From Chiloscyllium plagiosum (taxonomy: Eukaryota), in NCBI RefSeq assembly GCF_004010195.1, contig NC_057758.1, positions 1,302,983 to 1,366,982 on the forward strand: 64,000 bases of DNA, read 5' to 3'. Every line of letters starts with the position of its first letter. Within the stretch, counting starts at the first letter, position 1. The translations under genes and the position numbers were made by a program. This document shows positions 27,453 to 40,338 of the stretch, piece by piece. The notes under the pieces were generated by a model. The model did no database searches. It was not told the DNA's origin and worked only from the letters and a program-made list of their open reading frames with translations.

Positions 27453-28736
27453 TTGAGGGATGAAATATTATGAGCAGAGACAGGAGGACGGATGTCTTTT
27501 CCAAACACTTGCTGCAGCTTGAAGACGTCTCCTCGCACAGGAGAGGTAATGGATCATGTTGCAGCCACATGAAGTCGTAATAAATGAAAGATTGAAAGCG
27601 GCACACAGCAAGATCCTGTGATTAGATTTTTTTTCTGCATGGTCGAAGAAGTGAATGAGGTTCTTTGCTAAATGGATATTGGTTCCAATTTAACAACAAG
27701 AACTGTGAAACTCCTATCGTCTGAGTGACCATGTAAGATGGTGGGGAATCAAAACCATTAGTCACATTGAAGATAACTTTGAAAAGATGGGAGAGAAGGA
27801 GAACCTCTCCTTACACCGAGAACAGTTGATATGGAATGAGCTGCCTGAAGGGACAGGTAGAGCAGAATTATGGAGATTTTCAAAAGGCGAAATCAATCAA
27901 GAATTTAAAGGGACAATAAAGACAGGGACAGTAGGGGAAAATTGAGTAAAGGTGTCGATATAATCTGGTCAACCGTTCTAAGAAACAACAGATGAACGAT
28001 GTGTTGAATGTTCCTCTGCAGAAAGATTTTGCATTTAAACACAGTGAAGAATGCTGTGAACCCTCCAGTGGTAATGCAGATGGTAATGCAGATCGGTCTC
28101 TCTATTCATTGATAAATGGCAGTCTCGGTATGAACTACCAGTCACTAGTTCCAGCTCTAGTGCATCTCAGTTAGTGAACTGCAGCCCTTTAACGTTCAAA
28201 GCGTGGAGCTAGTCTTTAACGTATGAGTGTGATCATTAACAATAGAAATTTACCGGTTCTCACCTCAACGGTCTTGATTCTCCAGTTGCTCCATTGGGCA
28301 TTTGTGGAGGATGATGAAAGCATTGCTGCGAGTTCCCCCCCGACCTTGGTGCTTGTGGAGCCCATCACTCCCTGTGGATGAGTTAATGCAAGTTTTTTAT
28401 AATCGTTTAGTACATCTGCAGAAACAATTAGAATGGACGTTGATCAGCGTATCAAGTGGCGATGCAGCTCATGAAGGATGTACAGTCTTTCATTTGGATC
28501 TTGGCTGATATTGTCTTAAACCGATCAATCCAGCTTGTAGGATAAACCTATCAAAACAGTGGGAAATATGGAAAGATATCAATCTCAGTTGGATTCGTTT
28601 TCAATAAGTTGACAATTTTAGTTTCTAACTGTCAACTTTCAAAGTGTTATCCAGCAAGGACCTCCTCGTATTTCCCATCGAACCGATGTTCCTCAGTAAA
28701 CATTTGCCTTTATACGTTGCTTTCAAAGCTACGTCA

Positions 28737-29055
28737 ATTAGATTAGATTAGATTACTTACCGTGTGGAAACAGGCCCTTCGGCCCAACAAGTCCACACCG
28801 CCCCGCCGAAGCGCAACCCACCCATACCCCTACATCTATCCCTTACCTAACACTATGGACAATTTAGCATGGCCAATTCACCTAACCTGCACATCTTTGG
28901 ACTGTGGGAGGAAACCGGAGCACCCGGAGGAAACCCATGCAGACACGGGGAGAACATGCAAACTCCACACAGTCAGTCGCCTGAGGTTGGGAATTGAACC
29001 CGGGTCTCTGGCGCTGTGAGGCAGCAGTGCTAACCACTGTGCCACCGTGCCGTCC
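28737..29055 (-). mobile_element. HE1-like tRNA-derived SINE (full length)
   Basis: Minus strand: GGCACAGTGGTTAGCA (A box), GGTTCAATTCC (B box), conserved body, (TCTAA)n tail. Confidence 0.9.
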
Positions 29056-29368
29056 TTACTCCTTCCCTTCTCTGCAATCTCCTCCACTTCTGTACCGCTT
29101 CTCGACACCCCTTGCGCGTCAAGCTCTGCCCCCCCCCCCCCACACACACACACCCGTCCCTTAATTTCTAAGAGATCCAATGGTCTGTCTTTGGACGGGG
29201 GCGTGTTCACCTGTCTCCGCCAAAGCCTGGAAAATTCACTCTGTGGACACATCTAGTTTAATACCTGCACTTTGAAAACTACCCTTGAAACTATCACTTT
29301 GCAAGCGTTGCGATAAAACCTCTGTGGTATTTGCATATGAATCCACGCGTGTGGCCCTTTTAGCTTCA

Positions 29369-29448
29369 CATACTCCTGGGAGCGACAGTGGGCTGTTTGT
29401 TGTGGGCTCATACTCCTGGGAGCGACAGTGGGCTGTTTGTTGTGGGCT
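29369..29448. repeat. Perfect 40-bp tandem duplication
   Basis: CATACTCCTGGGAGCGACAGTGGGCTGTTTGTTGTGGGCT x2. Confidence 0.95.
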
Positions 29449-29692
29449 CGAATGGTTTTGTGTGGGTGCTTGTTCTGGTCCCCAGTGGAGCTCAGTTGTC
29501 GAACATTGGTGCACCGTGCACAGTTCTGGTCTGAAGCCTTCTTTTGAAACCGATCTCGAAAAGTGAACATTTCTGATCTCTCCCTCCTTCGTTTGGACCA
29601 CACGTCGACAGTACACCGAACATTTATGGCTCACGCACTCCTGAGAATACTGGCGCCTTCGCATGTGGCCAAACTAAGATGTATGAGGACCA

Positions 29693-29801
29693 GCAGTTCA
29701 GGCAGCATCCAAGGAGCTGCTCCTTGGATGCTGCTTGAACTGCTGTGCTCTTCCAGCACCACTAATCCAGAATCTGGTTTCCACCAGTCATTATTTTTAC
29801 C
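29693..29801 (+). mobile_element. PLE-derived fold-back mini-insertion (second subfamily)
   Basis: Hairpin CAGCAGTTCAGGCAGCATCCAAGGAGC-T-GCTCCTTGGATGCTGCTTGAACTGCTG; 13-bp TSD TGTATGAGGACCA. Confidence 0.8.
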
Positions 29802-30161
29802 TGTATGAGGACCATGACCAGTTTCCGGTACTCCGAGTGTTCCACTTAACGTCAGCTGTGCACAGTGCTCCAGACAACTCATAACCGACATAATCGTAGA
29901 CCAGTATTGGTCCCTATCACTGTTTGTGGTCTTTCCAGTTCATAGGAGATCAGCCTGCACAGTTTTTCAGTGAAGGTCGCAACCAGGAAATGTGCACAAT
30001 GTTCAGAGTTTGTTCTGGTCAAGGAAAATGGAGAAAAGAACTATGCACATTACTCCAGATATGGAGTGAGATCAATCATGGGAAGGCATAGGCACTGGTC
30101 CTATTTGGTTTCATGTGTGGTGCAACATTCTGGGCCAGGGGGCCTGTCCCTGTGCTGTAAC

Positions 30162-30428
30162 AGATTAGATTAGATTACATTACAGTGTGGAAACAGGCCC
30201 TTCGGCCCAACAAGTCCACACCGCAACCCACCCATACCCCTACATCTACCCCTTACCTAACACTATGGGCAATTTAGCATGGCCAATTCACCTGACCTGC
30301 ACATCTTTGGACTGTGGGAGGAAACCGGAGCACCCGGAGGAAACCCAGGCAGACACGGGGAGAATGTGCAAACTCCACACAGTCAGTCGCCTGACGCGGG
30401 AATTGAACCCGGGTCTCTGACGCTGTGA
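30162..30428 (-). mobile_element. HE1-like SINE, 5'-truncated
   Basis: Near-identical to the 28737 copy; GATTA tail repeats. Confidence 0.9.
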
Positions 30429-30989
30429 CAGTACAATATTCTGTTTTCCATATTCGGAATTTGTGTTTGATATTCCTCAAACTAAACTGGATGATGTGGA
30501 AGTTATCAAATATTGAAATGGCACGCAAGTGTTACTGCAATCACATGGAGAGATATGTGGGAATAAGGTGGGATATACTCACATAATTATGCATAACGTG
30601 AATTCCAGCTTAGCAATACCCTTGTCAACAAAACCCTCTAAAGCCGGCATAGTTTCAAAGAGAGATTGAAAGCGTGTGCAAAGACTATATGACCTGAACA
30701 ATTTACAGTGAATGGAGTTCACCCATGGTTAAGTGTTGATTGCTGCAAACACAACACAGTCTCGCAATCTGATTCATATTCTATTTGTCAGCTGCAAAAC
30801 TGTGTTTAAAAGGTGGGAATGCAATTTATATGTATAAGCTGGACATATTCAAAATGATTCCCATGAAGATGCATATACAAAAGAAGGAAGGAAATTTCAA
30901 TTTTGGGCGCATTGAATGGACCATTAGAGTTTTGCCATAGGCGTCTGAATCGCTATGGGAAGAGAGAAACCCTTTTGCAGCCACTCTAG

Positions 30990-31560
30990 GGACATTACCA
31001 TGGTGTGATGCCTCCCTGGTGTAAGTGTCCCGCAAGTTACTAAGCGGCTGCGTGGCATTTTGTTCTGGAAGAAGGGAACCAGCCAGTTGCCGTTGTGCAC
31101 GTTGGCACCAATGCCAGAGGTAAGAAGAGGGATGAGGTCCTGAAGGCTGGCTTTAGGGCGTCAGGAGACAGATTGAAAGCTCGGAGCTTAAAGTTCATAA
31201 TCTCCGAATGTTACCTGTGCCAAGTGCTGCTGATGCAGGGAATTCGCAGGTTGGACGGGTTAATACGTGCTGGTGGAGTGATGTAGGATGGGGAGCTTTC
31301 GATTTCTGAGTAACTGGGACGCTTAAAGTTCATAATCTCCGAATGTTACCTGTGCCAAGTGCTGCTGATGCAGGGATTTGGCAGGTTGGACGGGTTAATA
31401 CGTGCTGGTGGAGTGATGTCGGGTGGGGAGCTTTCGATTTCTGAGTAACTGGGACAGTTTCTGTGGAAGGTGGGATCAGTCCAAGGCAAGCAATCTTTCT
31501 TCTCCCAAAAAGTGAGAGTGGCTTAGTTTGGTCTAATGGGTGGACTTTCAACTAGTTTGC
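30990..31560 (+). mobile_element. CR1 ORF1 (SGNH esterase-like) fragment with an internal ~135-bp tandem duplication
   Basis: 'VHVGTNARGKKRDEVLKAGFRASGDRLKAR' resembles the HVGTND block; 31186-31320 is repeated at 31321-31455. Confidence 0.7.
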
Positions 31561-31754
31561 CATATGGATGGGAATCGAACGGAAATTTCTGAGTTAGCTG
31601 CAGCGGATGAGGGATTAAGTGAAAAGATAAAAATAATCTCGTTAATCAATGTCCTTGAGGGAATGGGATTTCGTTCTTCTCTGATCTATTTGTGACTCCG
31701 GACCCACAGCAATATGGCTGACTCCAAACTGCCCTCTGGGGAATTAGGGATGGG

Positions 31755-34700
31755 CAATAGGTGCTGATATAGCCAGTGACGTCCTCATCCCATGAATGAA
31801 TAGAGAAAAGAAAAGAATGCGTGAAGAATATTCCAGCAAATTCGAATACCGAGCTATCTATCCTTTCCTCAGAGATGAAGGTAACCCCAATTTGTGCTTG
31901 CCTGCAAATTCCAACAATGTTGCCTTGCGTACCTTTTTTTAAAATCTCCAAAAGTCCATTTTCCACCCCCCCCCCCCCCCAGAAAGCTCTTCGTGTCTGA
32001 AAGAGCCTTTACAACACCAAGTCGTATTGAAAGCAAACAAATTCGACATCTAGAACAAAAGACAGGAAGACCTACCCCTCGCCAGCTTTGAGTTCACGAC
32101 TCTACACACAAATTGAAATTACAGAATCAAGACACCCCAATCTGTTGTGGACCAGGCTAGAAACCATTAATAGATTTTAAATTAGTCTGGACCCTAGCTC
32201 TTCCCTGTCATAAAGGCAGATATGAGGTGAATATTCTGGGTGTGATGCTGCTGATCAAATCGCTTGGATTTAATCAAAGTAGAATTGATTCAAACGCTAC
32301 AGTTTAAACACGAACCAAAGGAAACCGAATTTAGGAGAGCTTAACTATTGGAAAACGTAACCGAGCCGATACAGGACATTGACTAATGAACCATTCGACT
32401 CCAGTAACATCCGGTAAACAAACCCCTTGGCAAAATGGTAAGATGAAACACTGTTCCTTACAGGAAGGAGGGAACAGTGCGCAAAGAGGTTTCAGATAGA
32501 AAGTCAGTCTGGAATCATCTGCTGAAGCTGTCAACTGTCTCTGAAACTCGGCACGTTGTGACTGCCACAGCTGAACCAAATTGGAAAAGTCTGAACAGGG
32601 AGAACTGGCCACTCCCCTGGTATTGTTGAAATAGAATCTGGCCAGCCCCATCACCACGTCTGCCTTTCCGAACACTCTTTAGGAAAAGGATAAAATAACC
32701 TGGCCGACCACTTCAAATGCCCCATCCCACTCTGCCAAAGACACACAAGCCCAGGCCTCCTCAACCACCGAATCCAAGTTTCCAAACAACTGCAGGAAGA
32801 ACATCTCAACTTCCGCTAAGTGACCCTTCATCAACATCCACTTCACTGGATTCCAAATCTCCTCTCCACCTACCTCATCCCAGATCCAAAGCTCCAACTC
32901 GGAGCTGCCCTCTTGACCAGTCCTTCCTGTCGACCTTCCTTCCTACCTATCCACCCTCACCACCGACAGACATCCTGCATCCATCTACCGACTTTCAGGC
33001 TACTTTCCCCCCCAATCCACTTACAACTCCCACGTTCCTGATGAAGCCTTCTGCCAGAAATGTCGACTCTCCTGCTGCTTGGATGCTGACTGATCTGCTG
33101 TGCTTATCCAGCGCCACATTTTTCGACATAAGTTATTCAGTGCTTGGCCGTGCTACTATCTATTTTCTTTTTCTCTCTTGGGTCCACACTCCTGACCAGG
33201 TCGTTCAAAACCTGCCCAGAACTAGGAACGTATTGGCCACCCAGAAATCTTTTCCCAAACCTGTCGAAAGGTATCCATTGGAAAATCTGAAGGACACATC
33301 AGTCTCATTGCTGTTGCTGTTACTGCTTCGTCCTAAATCACACCATTCGGAAGAAAAAAATATCAAATTAAGAGTCTGACGATGATCATCAGAATAGTCC
33401 ATCTGGTTCATTAATGTCTATCAAGGAAGGAAACTGCCATCCTTACCTGGTCTGATCGACGTGAGTTTGCAGACCATTAGCAATGCGGTTGATCTGAAAT
33501 GTCCTCGAGGTAATTAGGCATTGATGACAAGTGATGCATGCCCAGCGATGCCCTATCAGGTAAATGAAGGTTTTCTTAAAAAAAAAACTTGCAGCTCTGT
33601 CTTCGCCACACTTTACTTCTCTTTACAGTTCTTTAAGAAATCGATCTTCTTTGCTACTTTCTGAAAGATCTGTCACAGATTCATTATTATAAAATGGTGC
33701 CCCATGGGACATTAGTTTAAACTGAGAGGCACGTGATTTGGAGGAGATCTGACATTCCTCCCTTCACCCAGAGGGCTGATAGAAACATATTATACGCTAC
33801 CGGAGTCAGTGGTGGAGGCTGGTACTCTCAAGAAATCTGTGTAGCATCTGAACGAGCATTCAAATCAAGATTTAGATGGGTTAATTCAGTTGGCAATGTT
33901 CTGGCAGTTGGCGCACAATGTTGGTACATGTGAGGTTATCGATATTGGATGCAAAAATCAGAGTTCAGAATAGTATTTAGATGTTGAAAGATTGCAGCAT
34001 GATGTTGTGCAGAGGGACTTACAGTTGCGCGTACATGAATTGCTGAACGCTGATTTGCATGGGCAACAAGTAATCAGGAAGGCATACGGAATATTAATTT
34101 CATTGCTAGAAGAATTCTTAAGAACAAGAAGGTTCTGTTGTAATTGTACAAGGTGTTGGTGATGCGGCACTTGGAGTATTGTGCACATTTCTCGTCTCCT
34201 TTCTTGAGAAAGGATATACTGGTTTTGAGGCGCAGAAGAGGAGGTTCACCATTTTGACTCCGGAGATGAGGGGATTATCTTATGAGGACAGAATGAGACG
34301 TCTGGGACTGTACTTGCTCGAATTTAGAATATTGAGTGGGGATTTATCAGAATATATAAGATTGTGAAATGGGTGCATAAGGCAGAGGAAGTCATGTTGC
34401 ATCTACTACAAAGTGTGATGAGGGCGAGGGGACATGGGCTCAAGATTAGAGGGAGTAGATGTAGGCCAGAGATGATGAAAAAGCAATAGGTGCTGATATA
34501 GCCAGTGACGCCCTCATCCCATGAATGAATAGAGAAAAGAAAAGAATGTGTGAAGAATATTCCAGCAAATTCGAATACCCAGCTATCTATCCTTTCCTCA
34601 GAGATGAAGGTAACCCCAATTTGTGCTTGCCTGCAAATTCCAACAACGTTGCCTTGCGTACCTTTTTTTAAAATCTCCAAAAGTACATTTTCCACTCCCC

Positions 34701-36740
34701 CCACCCAGAAAGCTCTTCTTGTCTGAAAGAGCCTTTACAACACCAAGTCGTATTGAAAGCAAACGAATTCGACATCTACCCAATCTGTGTGGACCAGGCT
34801 AGAAACCATTAATAGATTTTAAATTAGTCTGGACCCTAGCTCTTCCCTGTCATATAGGCAGATATGAGGTGAATATTCTGGGTGTGATGCTGCTGATCAA
34901 ATCGCTTGGATTTAATCCAAGTAGAATTGATTGAAATGCTACAGTTTAAACACGAACCAAAGGAAACCGAATTTAGGAAAGCTCAACTATTGGAAAACGT
35001 AACCGAGCCGATACAGGACATTGACTAATGAAGCATTCGAATCCAGTAACATCCGGTAAACAAACCCCTTGGCAAAATGGTAAGATGAAACCCTGTTCCT
35101 TACAGGAAGGAGGGAACAGTGCGCAAAGAGATTTCAGATAGAAAGTCAGTCTGGAATCATCTGCTGAAGCTGTCAACTGTCTCTGAAACTCGGCAAGTTG
35201 TGACTGTCACAGCTGAACCAAATTGGAAAAGTCTGAACAGGGAGAACTGGCCACTCCCCTGGTATTGTTGAAATAGAATCTGGCCAGCCCCATCACCACG
35301 TTTGCCTTTCCGAACACTCTTTAGGAAAAGGATATAATAACCTGGCCGACCACTTCAAATGCCCCATCCCACTCTCCCAAAGACACACAAGCCCAGGCCT
35401 CCTCAACCACCGAATCCAAGTTTCCAAACAACTGCAGGAAGAACATCTCAACTTCCGCTAAGTGACCCTTCATCAACATCCACTTCACTGGATTCCAAAT
35501 CTCCTCTCCACCTACCTCATCCCAGATCCAAAGCTCCAACTCGGAGCCGCCCTCTTGACCAGTCCTTCCTGTCGACCTTCCTTCCTACCTATCCACCCTC
35601 ACCACCGACAGACATCCTGCATCCATCTACCGACTTTCAGGCTACTTTCCCCCCCAATCCACTTACAACTCCCACGTTCCTGATGAAGCCTTCTGCCAGA
35701 AATGTCGACTCTCCTGCTGCTTGGATGCTGACTGATCTGCTGTGCTTATCCAGCGCCACATTTTTCGACATAAGTTATTCAGTGCTTGGCCGTGCTTCTA
35801 TCTATTTTCTTTTTCTCTCTTGGGTCCACACTCCTGACCAGGTCGTTCAAAACCTGCCCAGCACTAGGAACGTATTGGCCACCCAGAAATCTTTTCCCAA
35901 ATCTGTCGAAAGGTATCCATTGGAAAATCTGAAGGACACATCAGTCTCATTGCTGTTGCTGTTACTGCTTCGTCCTAAATCACACCATTCGGAAGAAAAA
36001 AATATCAAATTAAGAGTCTGACGATGATCATCAGAATAGTCCATCTGGTTCATTAATGTCTATCAAGGAAGGAAACTGCCATCCTTACCTAGTGAGATTG
36101 CAGACCATTAGCAATGTGGTTGATCTGAAATGTCCTCGAGGTAATTAGGCATTGATGACCAATGTTCTGGCAGTTGGCGCACAATGTTGGTACATGTGAG
36201 GTTATCGATATTGGATGCAAAAATCAGAGTTCAGAATACTATTTGGATGTTGAAAGATTGCAGTATGATGTTGTGCAGAGGGACTTACAGTTGCGCGTAC
36301 ATGAATTGCTGAACGCTGATTTGCATGGGCAACAAGTAATCAGGAAGGCATACGGAATATTAGTTTCATTGCGAGAAGAATTCTTAAGAACAAGAAGGTT
36401 CTGTTGTAATTGTACAAGGTGTTGGTGATGCGGCACTTGGAGTATTGTGCACATTTCTCGTCTCCTTTCTTGAGAAAGGATACACTGGTTTTGAGGCGCA
36501 GAAGAGGAGGTTCACCATTTTGACTCCGGAGATGAGGGGATTATCTTATGAGGACAGGATGAGACGTCTGGGACTGGACTTGCTAGAATTTAGAATATTG
36601 AGAGGGGATTTATCAGAACATATAAGATTATGAAATGGGTGCATAAGGCAGAGGAAGTCATACTACAAAGTGTGATGAGGGCGAGGGGACATGGGCTCAA
36701 GATTAGAGGGAGTAGATGTAGGCCAGAGATGATGAAAAAG
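31755..36740. repeat. Tandem segmental duplication (31755-34483 / 34484-36740) containing LTR-like, PLE and CR1 fragments
   Basis: Near-identical 220-aa, 73-aa and 68-aa spurious ORFs in both copies; junction ...GATGAAAAAG|CAATAGGTGC. Confidence 0.95.
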
Positions 36741-37715
36741 TGTTTTTTTCCCCCAAAGACTAGTGAATCTATGAAATTCTCTGCTCAAGGAAACAGTGGA
36801 GGAAACTTCATTAAATTTATTGACAGCAGATTTGGAGGCGTCTTTGCATGGTCGTGGAATTAAGGATTATGGGATAATGCAGGTCAGAGGAACTGAGACG
36901 GTGGATAGATCAGACATGAGTCTAATGAATGGCAGAGCAGATGATGCAGGCCAAATAATCCCATTCCTGCTTCTATGTTTACGAAAAGTATTGACACGCT
37001 GAAGCATGATATGCATATGGTATATGCATATGGGATTAATGCAGTTTACTGTTTGATGGTGAGCATAATCATGGTCTGTCAAAAGGTGTGTGTATGCTTC
37101 ATGATCTCCTGAATCTATGTTTTGTGCAAAGTGAAAGAATATCTTTGTATTGAATTGACAAGACCTTGCACCCCTCCGCACGCTAACGCTGAGATTGTGT
37201 TGAGTGGCCTGGTTTCTGTCTCCCACTGTTTTTGTTGAATGGTACGTTGAATGTCAAACCACTTCTTTCGCAAAAGAAGACGAAATAAATAAGATTTACA
37301 AAATTAGAAGATTGTCATGAGTGAACTGTTGTTTTTGTGTGTTCTTCAAAAAAAAAATCCTAGTTCTTGGATATCTCAATGGGGATAGTGAATGGTTCTC
37401 GTGCCACACTCAGCACAAGGCGGGTTGACTTGAAAAACATCCAAATAATCTGTTTGTTCAATGATCCGCATTAATGTCAGACTCCAAGGATTCTCGGCAT
37501 ATCGCTGGAGAGTTCCCATCTTCTCCTCATAAGGGAGACCTTCAAAAGTGTGATCTCATTATACCAGAGGGAGACCTCAGCTCTGGTATACACAGTGATA
37601 AACCTCTCAAAGAGAGACCCGGAGGATTAATTACAGTTTGACAAGGGCACACTGCAATATTACAGGAACGGAATCTGAGGACGGCAGGCTGGAGTTTCAC
37701 AGGAGATTCCCTTCG

Positions 37716-37833
37716 ATGATCGCCTATTACATTAAAAATGAGCATCGGATGACTTTCGACTACCGAATACGATGTGTACTCCTGCTGTTTCAGCATGTTT
37801 ACTATCCCTTCCTTGCTGCTGTTGGTATCGTTG
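37716..37833 (+). CDS. Exon 1 of a GPR139-like class A GPCR (N-terminus and start of TM1); start codon uncertain
   Basis: 'MIAYY...MTFDYRIRCVLLLFQHVYYPFLAAVGIV' followed by a strong phase-1 donor G|GTAAGT at 37833/37834; the 'YYP.LA.VG' motif is typical of this receptor group. Confidence 0.7.
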
Positions 37834-39409
37834 GTAAGTCTCTCGATGCGGTGAGTTGAGCTCATGAGCTGAAGATAAGGAATCTGTCAAACGCAGAGAG
37901 ACCAAACAGTCCCCGTGTTGGTACTGATTGTAAGCTGCCTTGCAGAGGTCTGTCCGACTGCCCTGCTGTTTTGAGAAGCCGAGTGACACCAGCAGTGGGC
38001 GTTCAATTTCCCACATCCCATGATGTTCCCACCTTCCCGAATTCTCCCCGTGCCATTTATATCCATCTCAGATCAATATGAGCGTCACCTCCCTTCTTCT
38101 GTTATTTAACCCCATGAAGGTCATCCATATCATCCCGATCTCCGTTACATTTTGGGTCAAATTGTTCTCCAAGGGCAGGGGGGTTCTGTTCCATTCACCT
38201 GCTGCCCTGTTCTTCCGGGTGGAATTCGTCTCGGAAGATGCTGCCCCGGGGACTTTTCATGAAATCCTGGTTGGCATTTTGTATAGTACTCACTGCTGCT
38301 TCTGAGCGCTGGTGATGAAGAGAGTCGATGCTTGTGGATTTTGTGTCAATTTAAGTGGGCTGTTTTGCCCTGGGTGGCGTCGAGCTTCTCGAGCTTGTTG
38401 GAGCTGCACTTGACTTGTCCCCTGTCCTCGCTGGACAGTGTTCTGGGGGGGTGGTGGGGTGGGGTGGGGAGGCAAGAGGTGAGTGACTCACTGCAGGGTT
38501 TCTAGTGACTTGCAACCATTGTATTTTACACCAGTGTCAATTATGACTTAGTCTGAACACAGTTAACACCTTCAATGAATAAACACATCAATGAATGCAG
38601 TCAGTGTCTCCAACAAAAATCAATCTGAACTTCCTCAAATATTGGTCCTTGCACCCAACCCTCTCGCAAGTTTCCAGATGCAGGAGCGTTTCTCCACTGC
38701 ACTCTCAGGGCAGTCCAGACGCGCCTCACACATTAGCGTAAACAGTAATATTGCTAGCTGAAACCGGTCTGGGGACAACTGCCCGAGTTGCTGGACCTGA
38801 AACGCTGACTCTGTTCTTCTCTCCTCATGCGGCGCCAGGTGTGTTGAAACATTCCACCCATTTCTGCTTCCGTCTCTAATTTTAAGCCATTCATTGTTTT
38901 ATTTTTTCTATTCCAATGTCACCACGACAAAGGCAGGCATGAAGGGGATTAACACTCAGAGAGAAAGAATAGCTGTTGAGAGACATTCATAGACAAGGGG
39001 AATACTCCGTTGCAAGCTTGGGCGTGTATCTACCGGAATTTCCAAGTTTCAGAAGTGGAACATAAAAACTTCAAGTTTTAAACCGTTCTTTCAGTTCAAA
39101 GGAAGTTTGTTCCCTCAAACTCTCATCAAACTGAAAGAAGGGGACAAAACTTGTTGAAGGGAGACTTTGAACAGAGCTTGTCCAGATTAGAAACAGGCAT
39201 ATCGAGGAAGGCGAGGTGGAGAGTTGGTGAAGAGATTATAATCCAGGAGTTGCGATCAGACAGCACGAGAAGTGCGCGATTGATTGGACAGAATGATCTC
39301 CAAAGCAACAGATGAGTACAATCATTCGCCATTCTGCACAGTCCTGTTTTAAATGACGGTGGGCAATGCAACAGGACCTGAGGGAAGAGGCTTGACAAAT
39401 GATACATGG

Positions 39410-39536
39410 GGAGAAGGTGAGGTCTGCAGATGCTGGAGATCAGAGCTGAAAATGTGTTGCTGGAAAAGCGCAGCAGGGTCAGGCAGCATCCAGGGAACAG
39501 GAGAATCGACGTTTCGGGCGTAAGCCCTTCTTCAGG
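39410..39536 (-). mobile_element. PLE-derived mini-insertion with hammerhead core, in the GPCR intron
   Basis: Minus strand CCTGAAGAAGGGCTTACGCCCGAAACGTCG; flanked by an ACATGG direct repeat. Confidence 0.8.
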
Positions 39537-40338
39537 ACATGGTGCAAGAAACAATCTGGAATATTTGTAAGCTTTTTTTCTCTGCCAGAGGAGTCTCGTG
39601 CCTGCCATATTTGTCCTCCGTCCAATCCATATGACACACTTCAAGTATCAATCTTGGATTTAGGAATGATTAAATGGGCTACAGGAACTACCTGCACACC
39701 ACTCGTGCTGTTGTTTCAGTCCAGCGAAAACATTGGCGTCTAAGTTCCATCTACTCCCGATTATTGCCTTCAATGGCATATTTCTTAAGGTACAGTGGGT
39801 GCCGTTCTCAGACACACAGAACATCATGATGAAGTGAGGACTGCAGAGTTGTGAAGTGTCAGCGTCGATAAGGGTCCTGCTGGAATTACACAGCCGTTCA
39901 AGCAGCACTCAAGGGGCAGGACAGTCGTCGAATCAGACATAATTCCTTCATCAGGAGGCATCATGCCGAATCTGTGACTCTTCTGCTCCTCCGATGCTCC
40001 TGACCTGCTGTGCTTTGTCAGTGCCACTCTTTCCGACACATTGCAACGTCAGGGTTAAAAAAAAAAATGGAGATGCTCAGCACTTTTTGCAGCATCGGAG
40101 GTGAGAAAGGGAAACCGAGTTCATGTCTGACCTCAGTCCTGCGCTGTCTCCTTAGACTGCGATCACCATCCATCAACAGCAGTGCGCATCCCATTCCCCC
40201 CAAACCCCGCACATAAACAGGATTGGATTCCAATGGTCATTGGGAATACATTCCTGCGTTTATCGTGTTTCATCGTTTTTGGATTTCAATGCGGGCTCTT
40301 ATTCAAGATAGCTGTTTTGGAGCGAGGAAGAGGGTTAA

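Noticed and set aside
27480..27620. Minus-strand frame faintly like GPCR TM7/helix 8 ('TSCGCNMIHYLSCARRRL')
   Set aside because: Too short and divergent; no other TM segments found
29369..29448. 40-bp direct repeats and dispersed ~36-bp hairpin motifs as CRISPR-like arrays
   Set aside because: No spacers, no cas genes, eukaryotic context
29861..29890. CACAGTG heptamer as a V(D)J recombination signal
   Set aside because: No ACAAAAACC-like nonamer at 12/23 spacing and no Ig/TCR segment nearby
32717..33379. 220-aa ORF present twice (also 35359-36021)
   Set aside because: Chance read-through across a PLE fragment and an adjacent repeat; duplicated only because of the tandem duplication
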